NCBI GenBank assembly: GCA_934757845.1
Contig: CAKVLQ010000003.1
Span: 43,657 to 107,656 of the forward strand
Source: an uncultured Clostridia bacterium
Lineage (GTDB): Bacteria; Bacillota; Clostridia; Christensenellales; UBA1242
Direction of reading: 5' to 3'
DNA length: 64,000 nucleotides
Shown: positions 18,943-27,607 of the stretch, in pieces
How the letters are laid out: the number at the start of each line of letters is the position of its first letter
How positions within the stretch are numbered: the first letter of the stretch is position 1
The notes under the pieces: model-generated
The model's input: only the letters and a program-made list of their open reading frames with translations
Told to the model about the DNA's origin: nothing
Database searches by the model: none
Position numbers and translations under genes: made by a program

Positions 18943-19269
18943 ATGAAGCTTAAAAGTTTTATAACATCAATAATTACATCAATATTATCAATTGTGGGTT
19001 GTATTATTGTTAATTCGTTTAATGCTGGTCTTATTCCACTAGAGGGTGTTGAGTTGGCTCTTGCAAAAACGACATTAATAGTATTTTATATTTTAACAAT
19101 GATAATTACAATTCCATCAACAATAACTACATTAATTGCTTCAATTAGAGCTTGTTTTAGTGATAGTAAAACGATAAAAATAATTTCAATTGTTTTGTTA
19201 ATTTTGTCTCTTGGTTTGTGTGTTTTTTGCGGTTATGTAACTTATGTGGCTTATACAATGTATTTTTAA
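18943..19269 (+). CDS. small multi-TM membrane protein
   Basis: Three to four hydrophobic segments. Confidence 0.5.
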   Translation: MKLKSFITSIITSILSIVGCIIVNSFNAGLIPLEGVELALAKTTLIVFYILTMIITIPSTITTLIASIRACFSDSKTIKIISIVLLILSLGLCVFCGYVTYVAYTMYF

Positions 19270-19286
19270 AAAAGGAAGGTAAAAAG

Positions 19287-19406
19287 ATGTTAAATATAGC
19301 ATTAAAAATGAATGATAGCAAATATATCAATTACTTATGTTATTGTATTGAGAATAATTTGCATCCTGGCAAAATTGAAAGTTTAGACGCATTTCGTAAT
19401 AAATAA
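19287..19406 (+). CDS. hypothetical 39-aa protein
   Basis: AGGAAGG RBS before ATG 19287; the track start 19218 lacks an RBS. Confidence 0.3.
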   Translation: MLNIALKMNDSKYINYLCYCIENNLHPGKIESLDAFRNK

Positions 19407-19416
19407 AAAAGCGCTT

Positions 19417-19644
19417 TTAAAGCACTTTTTCAAGAGTGAAACATTGTAATTCTTTTGGTAGTTCAGTGTGGAAAATGAGTTGAAAGTTTTGTTTACATAG
19501 TTCATTGTTTAATTTTTCAAGTCCATATCTTTCAATTTGTTTAAATTCCTCATCAAATTGTGCGATTGACATTTTAATGGGTTTGTTGTCTTCTTGTTTA
19601 ATTTCGTTAAAATTTTTAATCAATTTTTCAATTAAATTGTTCAT
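19417..19644 (-). CDS. small protein in B position (copy 3, divergent)
   Basis: Same placement and same conserved upstream region as the B copies; sequence similarity is weak. Confidence 0.45.
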   Translation of the reverse strand: MNNLIEKLIKNFNEIKQEDNKPIKMSIAQFDEEFKQIERYGLEKLNNELCKQNFQLIFHTELPKELQCFTLEKVL

Positions 19645-19719
19645 ACATAACTCCTTAAATAATTTTTTAATAGTCTAGCAAATTTAAGATAAAAAATCAA
19701 ATAAAAGGTAGGTAAATTT

Positions 19720-20001
19720 ATGGTTCAAAGGAAATATCACAATATTACGATAGATAAAAGTGGACAAAAACGATTTTATGAAGGGTTTTATCGCAATAGT
19801 TCAATTAATTATTGGCAAAGATATAGACAAAGTTTTTTAAAAAATAATCCAACAGCAAGATTTAGTATTTTTACATCAAAATTTGATGCCACATTGGTTG
19901 ACAAAGTAATAATATTAAATTCTCAAAATGAGCAATACATAATTATTTCGGATAGCACTCTAAAACGAGAATATCCAGAATTTGTTAATAGGTGTATATG
20001 A
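19720..20001 (+). CDS. small protein, family A copy 3
   Basis: Contains KRFYEGFYRNSSINYWQRY. Confidence 0.55.
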   Translation: MVQRKYHNITIDKSGQKRFYEGFYRNSSINYWQRYRQSFLKNNPTARFSIFTSKFDATLVDKVIILNSQNEQYIIISDSTLKREYPEFVNRCI

Positions 20002-20168
20002 TTAAAACAATATATAAAGTCTACTGCGGGAAAAACGGCAAGTATTATACATATTTAGACTATAAAAAAGCCGAGAAACTATATTTTACACTTATGCTTC
20101 AAAACTACCACACCGCATTAGATGAAATAACAGACGGAAAAACAAAAAGATTATTAGAGCATAAGTAA
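19998..20168 (+). CDS. small protein, family C copy 3 (56 aa, below track cutoff)
   Basis: ATGA overlap with the upstream stop. Contains KVYCGKNGKYYTYLDYKKAEKLYF. Confidence 0.4.
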   Translation: MIKTIYKVYCGKNGKYYTYLDYKKAEKLYFTLMLQNYHTALDEITDGKTKRLLEHK

Positions 20169-20178
20169 GGGAGGAAAA

Positions 20179-21369
20179 ATGAATAAGCCATTAAAGATTA
20201 TATTAATAACAGTCTTAACAATATTAATGTTAGCATCATTTGCATCATGTTGTTTATACGGCTACATTAAACTATTTGCACCTGACAAAAGTGTTAGTTA
20301 CACAGTTAAAGGCGGAGTTTTAGACGGTGTGGAAGATGAAGATTTAAAGTTTATTTTCAACATTAGGCGTTATGACGATTTATTTGAAATAAGATTAAAT
20401 TCTTTTATTGACGAAACAAAAGAAGAAGTTTACGGCACAGGTATTCAATTTTTTAACCCTACTTTTGGCGAGAACATAACTCAAACTCAAAACTTTGTTT
20501 ACACAAAAGAATATTTTGCACTTCCGTTTTATGTGTATAACACATATCAAGATAATTCTTACACTGTTGAAAATTTTTCACCAGCAGAAACAACCGTTGA
20601 AGAAGCAGTAAGCAAATCACGAAATTTATACAAAAATGCATACTTCACAATCACTTTGGATAGTGATGTATACAAATTTACCTTTAAAGACGAAAATGTG
20701 GTAACCGAAACAAAACGGGGCTTTATAGGCTTATATTATGACACATATCAATATCACAATAACTTTATGAAACTTTGTTATGATTTATATCAATCTTCAA
20801 AATCGTTTAAAGAAGGAATAAACCAAGTATATTTGTTTAACTTTACCGATTATTTAGACTTTGCAAAATATGACGAAGCGTCAAAACAATATATCAAAAT
20901 AGTAAATGAAAAGTCTGACGAATATGCACATGTAACAAAACACATGAAAAGATTTTTTGGAGTTAAAGTTGACTGCTACAAAAGAAATGTTGAAAAAGCA
21001 AGTGAAAGTTTGTTTAATAGCGTTGCGGGAATGTATTCATATAACATAGGCAAAAACACCATGGCGTCTGATTATTTTGTTGGAGAAAGCCGAATTTGCT
21101 TAACCGAAAATGCTTTTGAATATAAATTTGACGAAAGAATGGGACATTTTCCAGTTCTAAAAGAAAGTGTTAAAGTCGAACTGCTAAAATATGAAAACAT
21201 CTCTATTGATATTGATTTTAACATGACAATTTTAAAAAATAATAAAATTAAAATGTTAACTATTGATAAAACGAAAATGAATTTAGGAAACTTGAAAATT
21301 CACAAAATCACAAAAACAACTTACACGGACGCAGGAGAAATTGAAAGTTCGGAGGTGGTAAATGTATAA
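20179..21369 (+). CDS. membrane-anchored extracellular protein
   Basis: N-terminal TM/signal anchor (LASFASCC) and a GGGAGG RBS. The KGG motif after the TM is shared with the next gene. Confidence 0.55.
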   Translation: MNKPLKIILITVLTILMLASFASCCLYGYIKLFAPDKSVSYTVKGGVLDGVEDEDLKFIFNIRRYDDLFEIRLNSFIDETKEEVYGTGIQFFNPTFGENITQTQNFVYTKEYFALPFYVYNTYQDNSYTVENFSPAETTVEEAVSKSRNLYKNAYFTITLDSDVYKFTFKDENVVTETKRGFIGLYYDTYQYHNNFMKLCYDLYQSSKSFKEGINQVYLFNFTDYLDFAKYDEASKQYIKIVNEKSDEYAHVTKHMKRFFGVKVDCYKRNVEKASESLFNSVAGMYSYNIGKNTMASDYFVGESRICLTENAFEYKFDERMGHFPVLKESVKVELLKYENISIDIDFNMTILKNNKIKMLTIDKTKMNLGNLKIHKITKTTYTDAGEIESSEVVNV

Positions 21370-22726
21370 TTTATTAGGAATTTTTAGCAGTTTAAAAGAA
21401 TTTATCACTTTGCTTATTATCCTTATAGTTGCGATAACTATATTTACAATATTATTCAAATTTAAAAATGGTAAATGGTTTTTGTTAGGTTTGTGTGGTT
21501 TGGCACTGCTTGTTTGTGGAGTATTTACGGCTTATGCCAATTATGAATACTTTACAATTAAGGGTGGAACGATAGGGTCATTTGGCGATATATTCGAAAA
21601 CAAAAACAAATTGATGCAAAACGAATTGAAATTTGATTTTGAAAATTTTGTTTTAATTGCATCGGGTAACAATGACAACGAATTTTCTGCAAGACTTGCG
21701 ATTGATGCCGTAAACCAAAAAATGACGGATAAAACTATATTTGTTAACGATATACCAACAAAAACTATAAATCGTGGCGATAACTATATATTTTCGGAAT
21801 ATAACTATACATTTTACGATGAGAACTTAAAAGAAAAATGCTCGGACACATTAACAATAAAATTTGTGTTTAATTCAAAAAGTTCAGAGTGTATTCTAAC
21901 AACGCAAGGTGGAATTGATAAAGTTGCCCATTGGAACTACTTTTTAAAGAAAAACAATTTTATTGTTGAAATAAAAAAATATGATTATATCCAAGACACC
22001 GAATTGAAAGTTGACGATGAGATAAATCATACTTTAACATTATATTTTCAAGACGAATTAATTGATATAATCAAGTTTAACATAACAAGCCCCGCAACCC
22101 TACCAACAACTTATAACGGTTTTGCAATAACTGCATGGAAAGATGCGGACGGGAATGTTTACACGCAATCAAATTTGCCAAATCAAGATTTGACTTTGTA
22201 TGCAACTATAAGTCAAACTAAAACATTTTTTGAAATAAATTCAACGAATTTAGTGAGAACCTTTATAACAGATGAGAGTTCCAAACGATATACTTGTAAA
22301 TTTGTTGGAGCATCATATACTCCAAAAATATATGACGATTTTTATGACTTACTTTATCAAAATCCAAACAATCATTTTAATGTAAAATTAAATTTATATG
22401 ATTTTTTGGGAGAAAATTTATCTTTCAACTCAAATGATAAAGGTAATTATGGTTCGCTCAATTCTTCACAACCCATTTCATTTTTTGATTATTTGGTTTC
22501 AACAGATAAAACGGAATATTATGAGGGGTCAAATGAGTTTTATTATAAATTCACTTTTGGTATAGAGCGTAGAAAAATAAATTCAGATTATATATTTACG
22601 CCTTATATTGATGTTGAAATAGTTTGTGCGACTGGTGATTGGAGTGATAGATATAATTTTGTGAAAAAAGATACAGCAAATAATACAATGAGTTTTTCAG
22701 TAACCTGTGAAATAAACAGAGTTTAG
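21362..22726 (+). CDS. membrane-anchored protein with a Listeria-Bacteroides (Flg_new-like) repeat
   Basis: Two N-terminal TM segments. Contains YNGFAITAWKDADGNVYTQ....DLTLYA. Overlaps the upstream gene by 8 nt. Confidence 0.55.
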   Translation: MYNLLGIFSSLKEFITLLIILIVAITIFTILFKFKNGKWFLLGLCGLALLVCGVFTAYANYEYFTIKGGTIGSFGDIFENKNKLMQNELKFDFENFVLIASGNNDNEFSARLAIDAVNQKMTDKTIFVNDIPTKTINRGDNYIFSEYNYTFYDENLKEKCSDTLTIKFVFNSKSSECILTTQGGIDKVAHWNYFLKKNNFIVEIKKYDYIQDTELKVDDEINHTLTLYFQDELIDIIKFNITSPATLPTTYNGFAITAWKDADGNVYTQSNLPNQDLTLYATISQTKTFFEINSTNLVRTFITDESSKRYTCKFVGASYTPKIYDDFYDLLYQNPNNHFNVKLNLYDFLGENLSFNSNDKGNYGSLNSSQPISFFDYLVSTDKTEYYEGSNEFYYKFTFGIERRKINSDYIFTPYIDVEIVCATGDWSDRYNFVKKDTANNTMSFSVTCEINRV

Positions 22727-22827
22727 TTAAAGCAAAATGAAATTTTTATATAAACTTCAAAAAAAAAGGTGGTGGTAATCAAATAAAATTTTAAAAAACA
22801 AAAATTTAAAAATATAGGAGGAAAATT

Positions 22828-23046
22828 ATGAAAACTTTAAAAAACATTTTGATATTTATTCTTGGAGCAGCACTTGCTGCGGGAGTTGTTCTTTTAGTTG
22901 TGTATAGAGATAAAATTTTTAAGAAAAACGACCAAAACCAAGAAGAAACACAAATTGAAGAAAAAACCGACACTAAAACCGATGAAATAGCAAAAACTGC
23001 ATCAATTACAATTTTAAGTGACGGTTCAACAAGATTAAACAAATAA
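22828..23046 (+). CDS. small single-TM protein
   Basis: 72 aa with an N-terminal TM segment and an acidic tail; GGAGG RBS. Confidence 0.5.
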   Translation: MKTLKNILIFILGAALAAGVVLLVVYRDKIFKKNDQNQEETQIEEKTDTKTDEIAKTASITILSDGSTRLNK

Positions 23047-23056
23047 AGGAGAAAAA

Positions 23057-24367
23057 ATGAGCAAAGTAGGAAAAACAATTTTAGGCACAACTCTTGCCAT
23101 ATTACTTGGCGGTGGCGGTGCTTATACGGGTTATGTCGCTATTCAAAAAACTAAACTAGAAAATGATAACAAAAATTTAACTGAAATCGTTGCAGTAAGA
23201 GATAAGGAAAAAGAAGACTTAACAAATAGGTTAACAATATCACTTTCAAATCAAAAACAAACTAGCGGATTAATAACAGGAATTTTTATTGCCGCAATTG
23301 CGAAAGATGTTGCTTCAACTGGTGATGTTCTCACAAATGAAGAATATCAAATCACCGAGAACGAATTTTATATGGTTGATGGTGACGAGGTATTTGCTTT
23401 TCCAATAACCGACATTGGTAATAACCAATTTGAAGTGAGATATGAAAATACACTTATGTTTACGCTAACGCCTCTTTATGACGAGAATTGTTATTGGATG
23501 CAAACAAGCGAAAATGTTATGCCTGCTAATGTGAGGATGTTGCTAGTAAAACAAACAGGTCCTGCTGATATGGTTCATGATGCTGCATTAAAACAATTTG
23601 AAAAAGACAGATTGGAATTAAACTCTTTGCGTGCTCAAATAACCACATTGACACAGGAAAAACAAGACCTACAAGAGCAATTAAGAATAAAAACCGAAGA
23701 ATATAACGAACAATTAGAAAAAGCAAATTCATGCGCAAGTGAAAATCAAACACTAATTGAACAAATCAATCAAAAACAAACAGAGATTGATGCACTTAAC
23801 ACACAAATAACAAACTTGCAAGAACAAATAACACAGTTGAAAGCCCAACTAGAAAGCGGAAAAACGGAAGAACCAACAACATTGTCAGCAGGGCTATATG
23901 AAACAGGGACTACAACACTAACAAAGTCATGGGAGCAATTAATTGCTGACGGAGATATATCAACCGCAGACGGACATTTGCAAGTTACAAATAAAAACCT
24001 TGCAGGCGACTTATTTTGCGAAAGTGTTGATGGTTTAACTTCTTTGAATAGTGCTTTTGAAGATTGTGAAAAATTAACTTTAATAGATTTGTCAAACCTT
24101 GATACGTCTAATGTTACAACAATGGAATGCTTGTTTTTCGGTTGCAATACATTAAGAACAATAAAATTAGGGCGATTTGATATTTCAAAAGTTATCGTGA
24201 GTGCTTCTGGTTTGATGTATTATGGTAATGCATTTTCTTGTAGTGTTTCAGATATATTTTATGCAGGAACAAAAGAAGAGTGGCAAGCAAAAAACTTTTC
24301 AGATGATGCTCAACTTCAACTAGGCGTAACCATTCATTGCACCGATGGCGATTTAGTTACGGAATAA
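23057..24367 (+). CDS. TM-anchored coiled-coil protein with C-terminal BspA-type LRR (26-residue surface repeat)
   Basis: N-terminal TM and a Q/E-rich coiled coil. Contains LTSLNSAFEDCEKLTLIDLSNLDTSNVTTMECLFFGC. Confidence 0.6.
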   Translation: MSKVGKTILGTTLAILLGGGGAYTGYVAIQKTKLENDNKNLTEIVAVRDKEKEDLTNRLTISLSNQKQTSGLITGIFIAAIAKDVASTGDVLTNEEYQITENEFYMVDGDEVFAFPITDIGNNQFEVRYENTLMFTLTPLYDENCYWMQTSENVMPANVRMLLVKQTGPADMVHDAALKQFEKDRLELNSLRAQITTLTQEKQDLQEQLRIKTEEYNEQLEKANSCASENQTLIEQINQKQTEIDALNTQITNLQEQITQLKAQLESGKTEEPTTLSAGLYETGTTTLTKSWEQLIADGDISTADGHLQVTNKNLAGDLFCESVDGLTSLNSAFEDCEKLTLIDLSNLDTSNVTTMECLFFGCNTLRTIKLGRFDISKVIVSASGLMYYGNAFSCSVSDIFYAGTKEEWQAKNFSDDAQLQLGVTIHCTDGDLVTE

Positions 24368-24381
24368 TTTTTATAAAATAA

Positions 24382-24404
24382 AAGAAGTAATATTTACTTC
24401 TTTT
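24382..24404 (+). terminator. rho-independent terminator
   Basis: AAGAAGTAA-tat-TTACTTCTT stem plus Ts. Confidence 0.6.
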
Positions 24405-24504
24405 GTGAACTTTTAGTTTAAAAGGTAAAACTATTAGGTTTTTTTTGGAAATTTTATTATTTTGCGGATAAAAATTTCATTTTGATGACTTCCTTCCTAA
24501 TAAT

Positions 24505-24532
24505 CACAGTTCAAGTCTGTGAAAGTTCACCA
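24505..24532 (+). other. orphan tRNA 3' fragment (T-arm, acceptor 3' strand, ACCA)
   Basis: CACAG-TTCAAGT-CTGTG then AAAGTTC-A-CCA. No D-arm or anticodon arm lies upstream. Differs from tRNA-Phe. Confidence 0.5.
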
Positions 24533-24608
24533 ATGTCTTACAGTGCGCAATGTAAGATTAAAAAGTTATAGTTCTTCTAAAAACTAAATTTAATTAAAGG
24601 AGAAAATT

Positions 24609-24896
24609 ATGGCGAAAGGACAGAGAGCTTATTTTAATAAACAAACAATGGGTCATCCAAAAACTACGAAAAATGGCAAGAAATTCACACTTTTGAATCC
24701 TCATGAAAAAGGCTGTAAAGCAGCTGTTGAATTGCGAACAGGTAGAAATGTCTATACTGGTGAATTTTTAAACGAAAGACAAAGAGCGTATCGTAGTGGT
24801 TATCTTGCTGCTCAAAATGACAGTGCAAGATGTTATAATGCAAAGAATAAGAAAAATGCAAATGGTTTTACTTATTCTGATGTTGAGGAGGTTTAA
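24609..24896 (+). CDS. basic hypothetical protein
   Basis: AGGAG RBS; lysine/arginine-rich, 95 aa. Confidence 0.5.
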   Translation: MAKGQRAYFNKQTMGHPKTTKNGKKFTLLNPHEKGCKAAVELRTGRNVYTGEFLNERQRAYRSGYLAAQNDSARCYNAKNKKNANGFTYSDVEEV

Positions 24897-24898
24897 TT

Positions 24899-25093
24899 TT
24901 GAATTTGACAAAAAAACAAATTGAAATTATACAGCGATATACTCCGGAAGAATTAAAGGGCAAACAAATTCGTTTATATGCAACATTGGGGTCTTTTCGA
25001 CCATCTATGGCAAATTGGTCGTATATTGTTGGTTATGTGTTGTATAAAGGCGTTTATGTTTTGGTTGTAACATGTTTCGGAGAAATACTTTAA
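24899..25093 (+). CDS. hypothetical protein with hydrophobic C-terminus
   Basis: TTG start after GGAGG. Confidence 0.35.
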   Translation: MNLTKKQIEIIQRYTPEELKGKQIRLYATLGSFRPSMANWSYIVGYVLYKGVYVLVVTCFGEIL

Positions 25094-25186
25094 AAAGCAA
25101 TTAAAAAAGTGTAAGACTAAACTACGGTTTAGCAATGTTAAATTACTTTAATATTTAATAATTTAAATTATATTTAGGAGATAATT

Positions 25187-25504
25187 ATGAAAGGAATTAA
25201 AAAAATAGAATTAGTAGATAAAAAAAGTTCAAAAGGTAAAGAATATTCTGTTATTGAGGTAACGATGAGTAATGATAAATCTTTTGATTTATTCTTGGAT
25301 TCTGCTACAAAAGATTTAATTGATGTGGTTGGAAAAGAAGATGTAAATTTAAATTATGTTGAAAAAGAAAGTAAAGAAGGCAAAAAATTTAATGCTATTG
25401 AACTTAAGTTGAATAGTGATGATAATTACACAAAACTTTATTTTATTGATAAAGCGTATGAATTAATTATTAAAAAATTAAGTGAAAAAGTTGCTATAAA
25501 ATAA
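25187..25504 (+). CDS. hypothetical protein with internal two-fold repeat
   Basis: KKSSKGKEYSVIEVTM... and KESKEGKKFNAIELKL... repeats; AGGAG RBS. Confidence 0.5.
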   Translation: MKGIKKIELVDKKSSKGKEYSVIEVTMSNDKSFDLFLDSATKDLIDVVGKEDVNLNYVEKESKEGKKFNAIELKLNSDDNYTKLYFIDKAYELIIKKLSEKVAIK

Positions 25505-25508
25505 TGAT

Positions 25509-25581
25509 AAATAACGAAAAACGAGGCATATTTTGCCTTGTTTTCACTAACTAGGCAAGTATGTTAGTGCTGATGAGTTTT
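25509..25581 (+). ncRNA. hammerhead ribozyme motif, type II topology, copy 1
   Basis: C25515-GAA, stem III 25519-28/25534-43, H17 U25544, stem I 25545-51/25563-69 (7 bp perfect), CUGAUGA 25570-76 and G25577. Stem II is AU-rich and weak. Confidence 0.65.
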
Positions 25582-25592
25582 CTTGCGTTCCA

Positions 25593-25656
25593 ATCGAAAC
25601 TAGGCTATGAAAATGGCCTAGTCTATTAAATTTGACTAATTTAATACTGATGAGAT
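25593..25656 (+). ncRNA. hammerhead ribozyme motif, type II topology, copy 2
   Basis: C25595-GAA, stem III 25599-606/25615-22, GUC with C25623, stem I 25624-32/25638-46 (9 bp perfect), CUGAUGA 25647-53 and G25654. Stem II has only 3-4 bp. Confidence 0.65.
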
Positions 25657-25679
25657 AAGTCAAAAAAAAAGGAGGCTAA

Positions 25680-26000
25680 ATGGAATACCAAAATCGTTCT
25701 GTTGGGGATAAAATACGATATTATAGTTCGTTATCTAAAAAGGGCTCAAGGGATAAGAACGGAAAGTTGTTAAGTGATTTTAAACGTGGAGAATGCCTAG
25801 GAAAATCGTTAATGCTTAGTTATTGCGCAAGAAATATAAAAAAGGTTAAACAGCGAATTCAAAAAGAATTTTTTGCGGAATTGAAAAAATGTAAGCCAAA
25901 TTTGAATGAGAGAAGATATACAGATGCGGATTTAAATGCGCTTTTTGATAATTTGAAAGAAGTTGATATTTTTACTAATTCAATGGATGATATAGTTTGA
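25680..26000 (+). CDS. hypothetical protein
   Basis: GGAGG RBS; overlaps the next gene by 4 nt. Confidence 0.5.
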   Translation: MEYQNRSVGDKIRYYSSLSKKGSRDKNGKLLSDFKRGECLGKSLMLSYCARNIKKVKQRIQKEFFAELKKCKPNLNERRYTDADLNALFDNLKEVDIFTNSMDDIV

Positions 26001-26815
26001 TAACTGTTATTTCAGCGCTTCCAGGTTTTGGTAAAACCTTGTTATTTTCGTATCTAATGGCACAAAAAACTTGCATAGAAGGTTATGATTTATATCGCAA
26101 TAGTTGTAAGTTGATAGAAAAATATAATAATAATGGGTTTAAATTTAGTTATCCAAAGCAAAAACATGTTACATATTTTAATGGACATGCTCGTATTAGC
26201 GTTATGGGTAGACCAGTTAAAATTCCTTATGTATTAAACCCTTGGTATTTGGGACTTCCAACAAAAGAAAGTGAAGTCGATTTAGTTCTTCCAGGTTCTG
26301 TATTGTTTATAGATGAGGCTCAAAGATATTATAATTCAAGAATGTCTTATTATTTCCCCGATTATGTATCTAGATTTTATGAAATGCATAGGCATTATAG
26401 ATTAACAATTTATTTGATTGCTCAAAGAGCAGGGCTTATTGATAAAAATATAAGAAGTATTGCACAAGAATTTATTTATATTGATAGGCTTGAAAAAGAA
26501 GAAGATTCTCTTGGGAATTTAATTCAAGCAAAATGGTATATACATAGATTTAATTGTTATAGTGATTTAGAAAAATATGAAGAAGGTAATAAGGAATTAG
26601 GCACGGAAGATATAATTGTTTGTAATGAGAATTTGTATAAGTTTTTTGATACACATTTCTTTGAATTTTTATATCTTAATGGAAATCAGGATTTTTCGCA
26701 AGAATGGTTAAGACCATACAGATTAATGCCTGATATATGTGAAAAATTAAAAGAAGTTTGGTCAGCAACTCCACCACCAACTTTTTTTGGCGATAAAAGG
26801 GTTGCAGAAGCATAA
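25997..26815 (+). CDS. Zot-like / filamentous-phage pI-like P-loop ATPase
   Basis: Walker A at the extreme N-terminus (MITVISALPGFGKT) and Walker B VLFIDEAQRYY. No TM segment seen. Confidence 0.5.
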   Translation: MITVISALPGFGKTLLFSYLMAQKTCIEGYDLYRNSCKLIEKYNNNGFKFSYPKQKHVTYFNGHARISVMGRPVKIPYVLNPWYLGLPTKESEVDLVLPGSVLFIDEAQRYYNSRMSYYFPDYVSRFYEMHRHYRLTIYLIAQRAGLIDKNIRSIAQEFIYIDRLEKEEDSLGNLIQAKWYIHRFNCYSDLEKYEEGNKELGTEDIIVCNENLYKFFDTHFFEFLYLNGNQDFSQEWLRPYRLMPDICEKLKEVWSATPPPTFFGDKRVAEA

Positions 26816-26829
26816 AAAGGGAGAATATT

Positions 26830-27438
26830 ATGGGTAAAGAAAAAGAAGTTGTTACAATTAAAAAAGTAAAGAAAAATAAGAGAAATAAGACTAAAAAATA
26901 TAGCATTATAAATGTTTTAGACGTTTTGCAAGAGCGATATTTTGGCTTATATGATACTTTATCTCAACATACAGAAGGTTGTTTGTCTGGTGATATGTAT
27001 GGCAAGATGGATGCAATGATGACTGACGATTATAATAATTCTATTAACAATTTAGAGTTTTTAAGTAAAAAAGGAATGAAATATCTTAAAAAGAAAGACT
27101 GTAAAGAACGTAGTAAAATTTTTTGGTATAAATTTCGCAGGTTTTTTGGGTGCAAAATTAATGATGAAATAGAGCAATTAATTTTAAAACGAGAAAAATT
27201 TAATTATGAAATGGCTAAATTATTTGAAGACCCTATTTCGTCAAGTATAAGAAAGCAAATCGAAGAGCCTGAACTTATAGAAGAACCGATAGATGAAGAG
27301 CCTGACTATGTTACGGACTCTGAAGATTTAATAGCGGGTCAAAAAGCGGAGCGGATAATTCAACCAGAAATAGTAGAACAAGAACAATTAGAAGCTCAAA
27401 AACAAAACTCAATAGAGTATAAAGCAGATAATAATTAA
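26830..27438 (+). CDS. hypothetical protein, basic N-terminus and acidic C-terminus
   Basis: GGGAG RBS. Confidence 0.5.
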   Translation: MGKEKEVVTIKKVKKNKRNKTKKYSIINVLDVLQERYFGLYDTLSQHTEGCLSGDMYGKMDAMMTDDYNNSINNLEFLSKKGMKYLKKKDCKERSKIFWYKFRRFFGCKINDEIEQLILKREKFNYEMAKLFEDPISSSIRKQIEEPELIEEPIDEEPDYVTDSEDLIAGQKAERIIQPEIVEQEQLEAQKQNSIEYKADNN

Positions 27439-27453
27439 TTTTTAGCTTACCTG

Positions 27454-27521
27454 TGAGTATTTTTAACCAAAGGTTATGAGTATGGAGAAAAAAAATGAGT
27501 ATTATTGCAAAGCATGAGTAT
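27454..27521 (+). repeat. four direct (A/G)TGAGTAT repeats
   Basis: TGAGTAT at 27454, 27477, 27496 and 27515, with 19-23 nt spacing, upstream of the origin hairpin. Confidence 0.5.
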
Positions 27522-27567
27522 CTTTATAGCAAATTTGCTTGCAAATTTGTGCCCCGCAGGGGCAATT

Positions 27568-27607
27568 CGCAGTTGCTAAAGGTTAGTATTACCCTTTAGC
27601 AACTGCG
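27568..27607 (+). promoter_or_regulatory. rolling-circle origin stem-loop with TAGTATTAC nonanucleotide
   Basis: Perfect 15-bp stem CGCAGTTGCTAAAGG / CCTTTAGCAACTGCG. The 10-nt loop TTAGTATTAC has TAGTATTAC at 27584-27592. Confidence 0.75.

Noticed and set aside
25519-25543. Hairpin after ORF 25187-25504, first read as a simple rho-independent terminator
   Set aside because: It is flanked by C-GAA on the 5' side. On the 3' side it is followed by a second perfect hairpin plus CUGAUGA, and the whole arrangement recurs 77 nt later. It was reinterpreted as stem III of a hammerhead motif.
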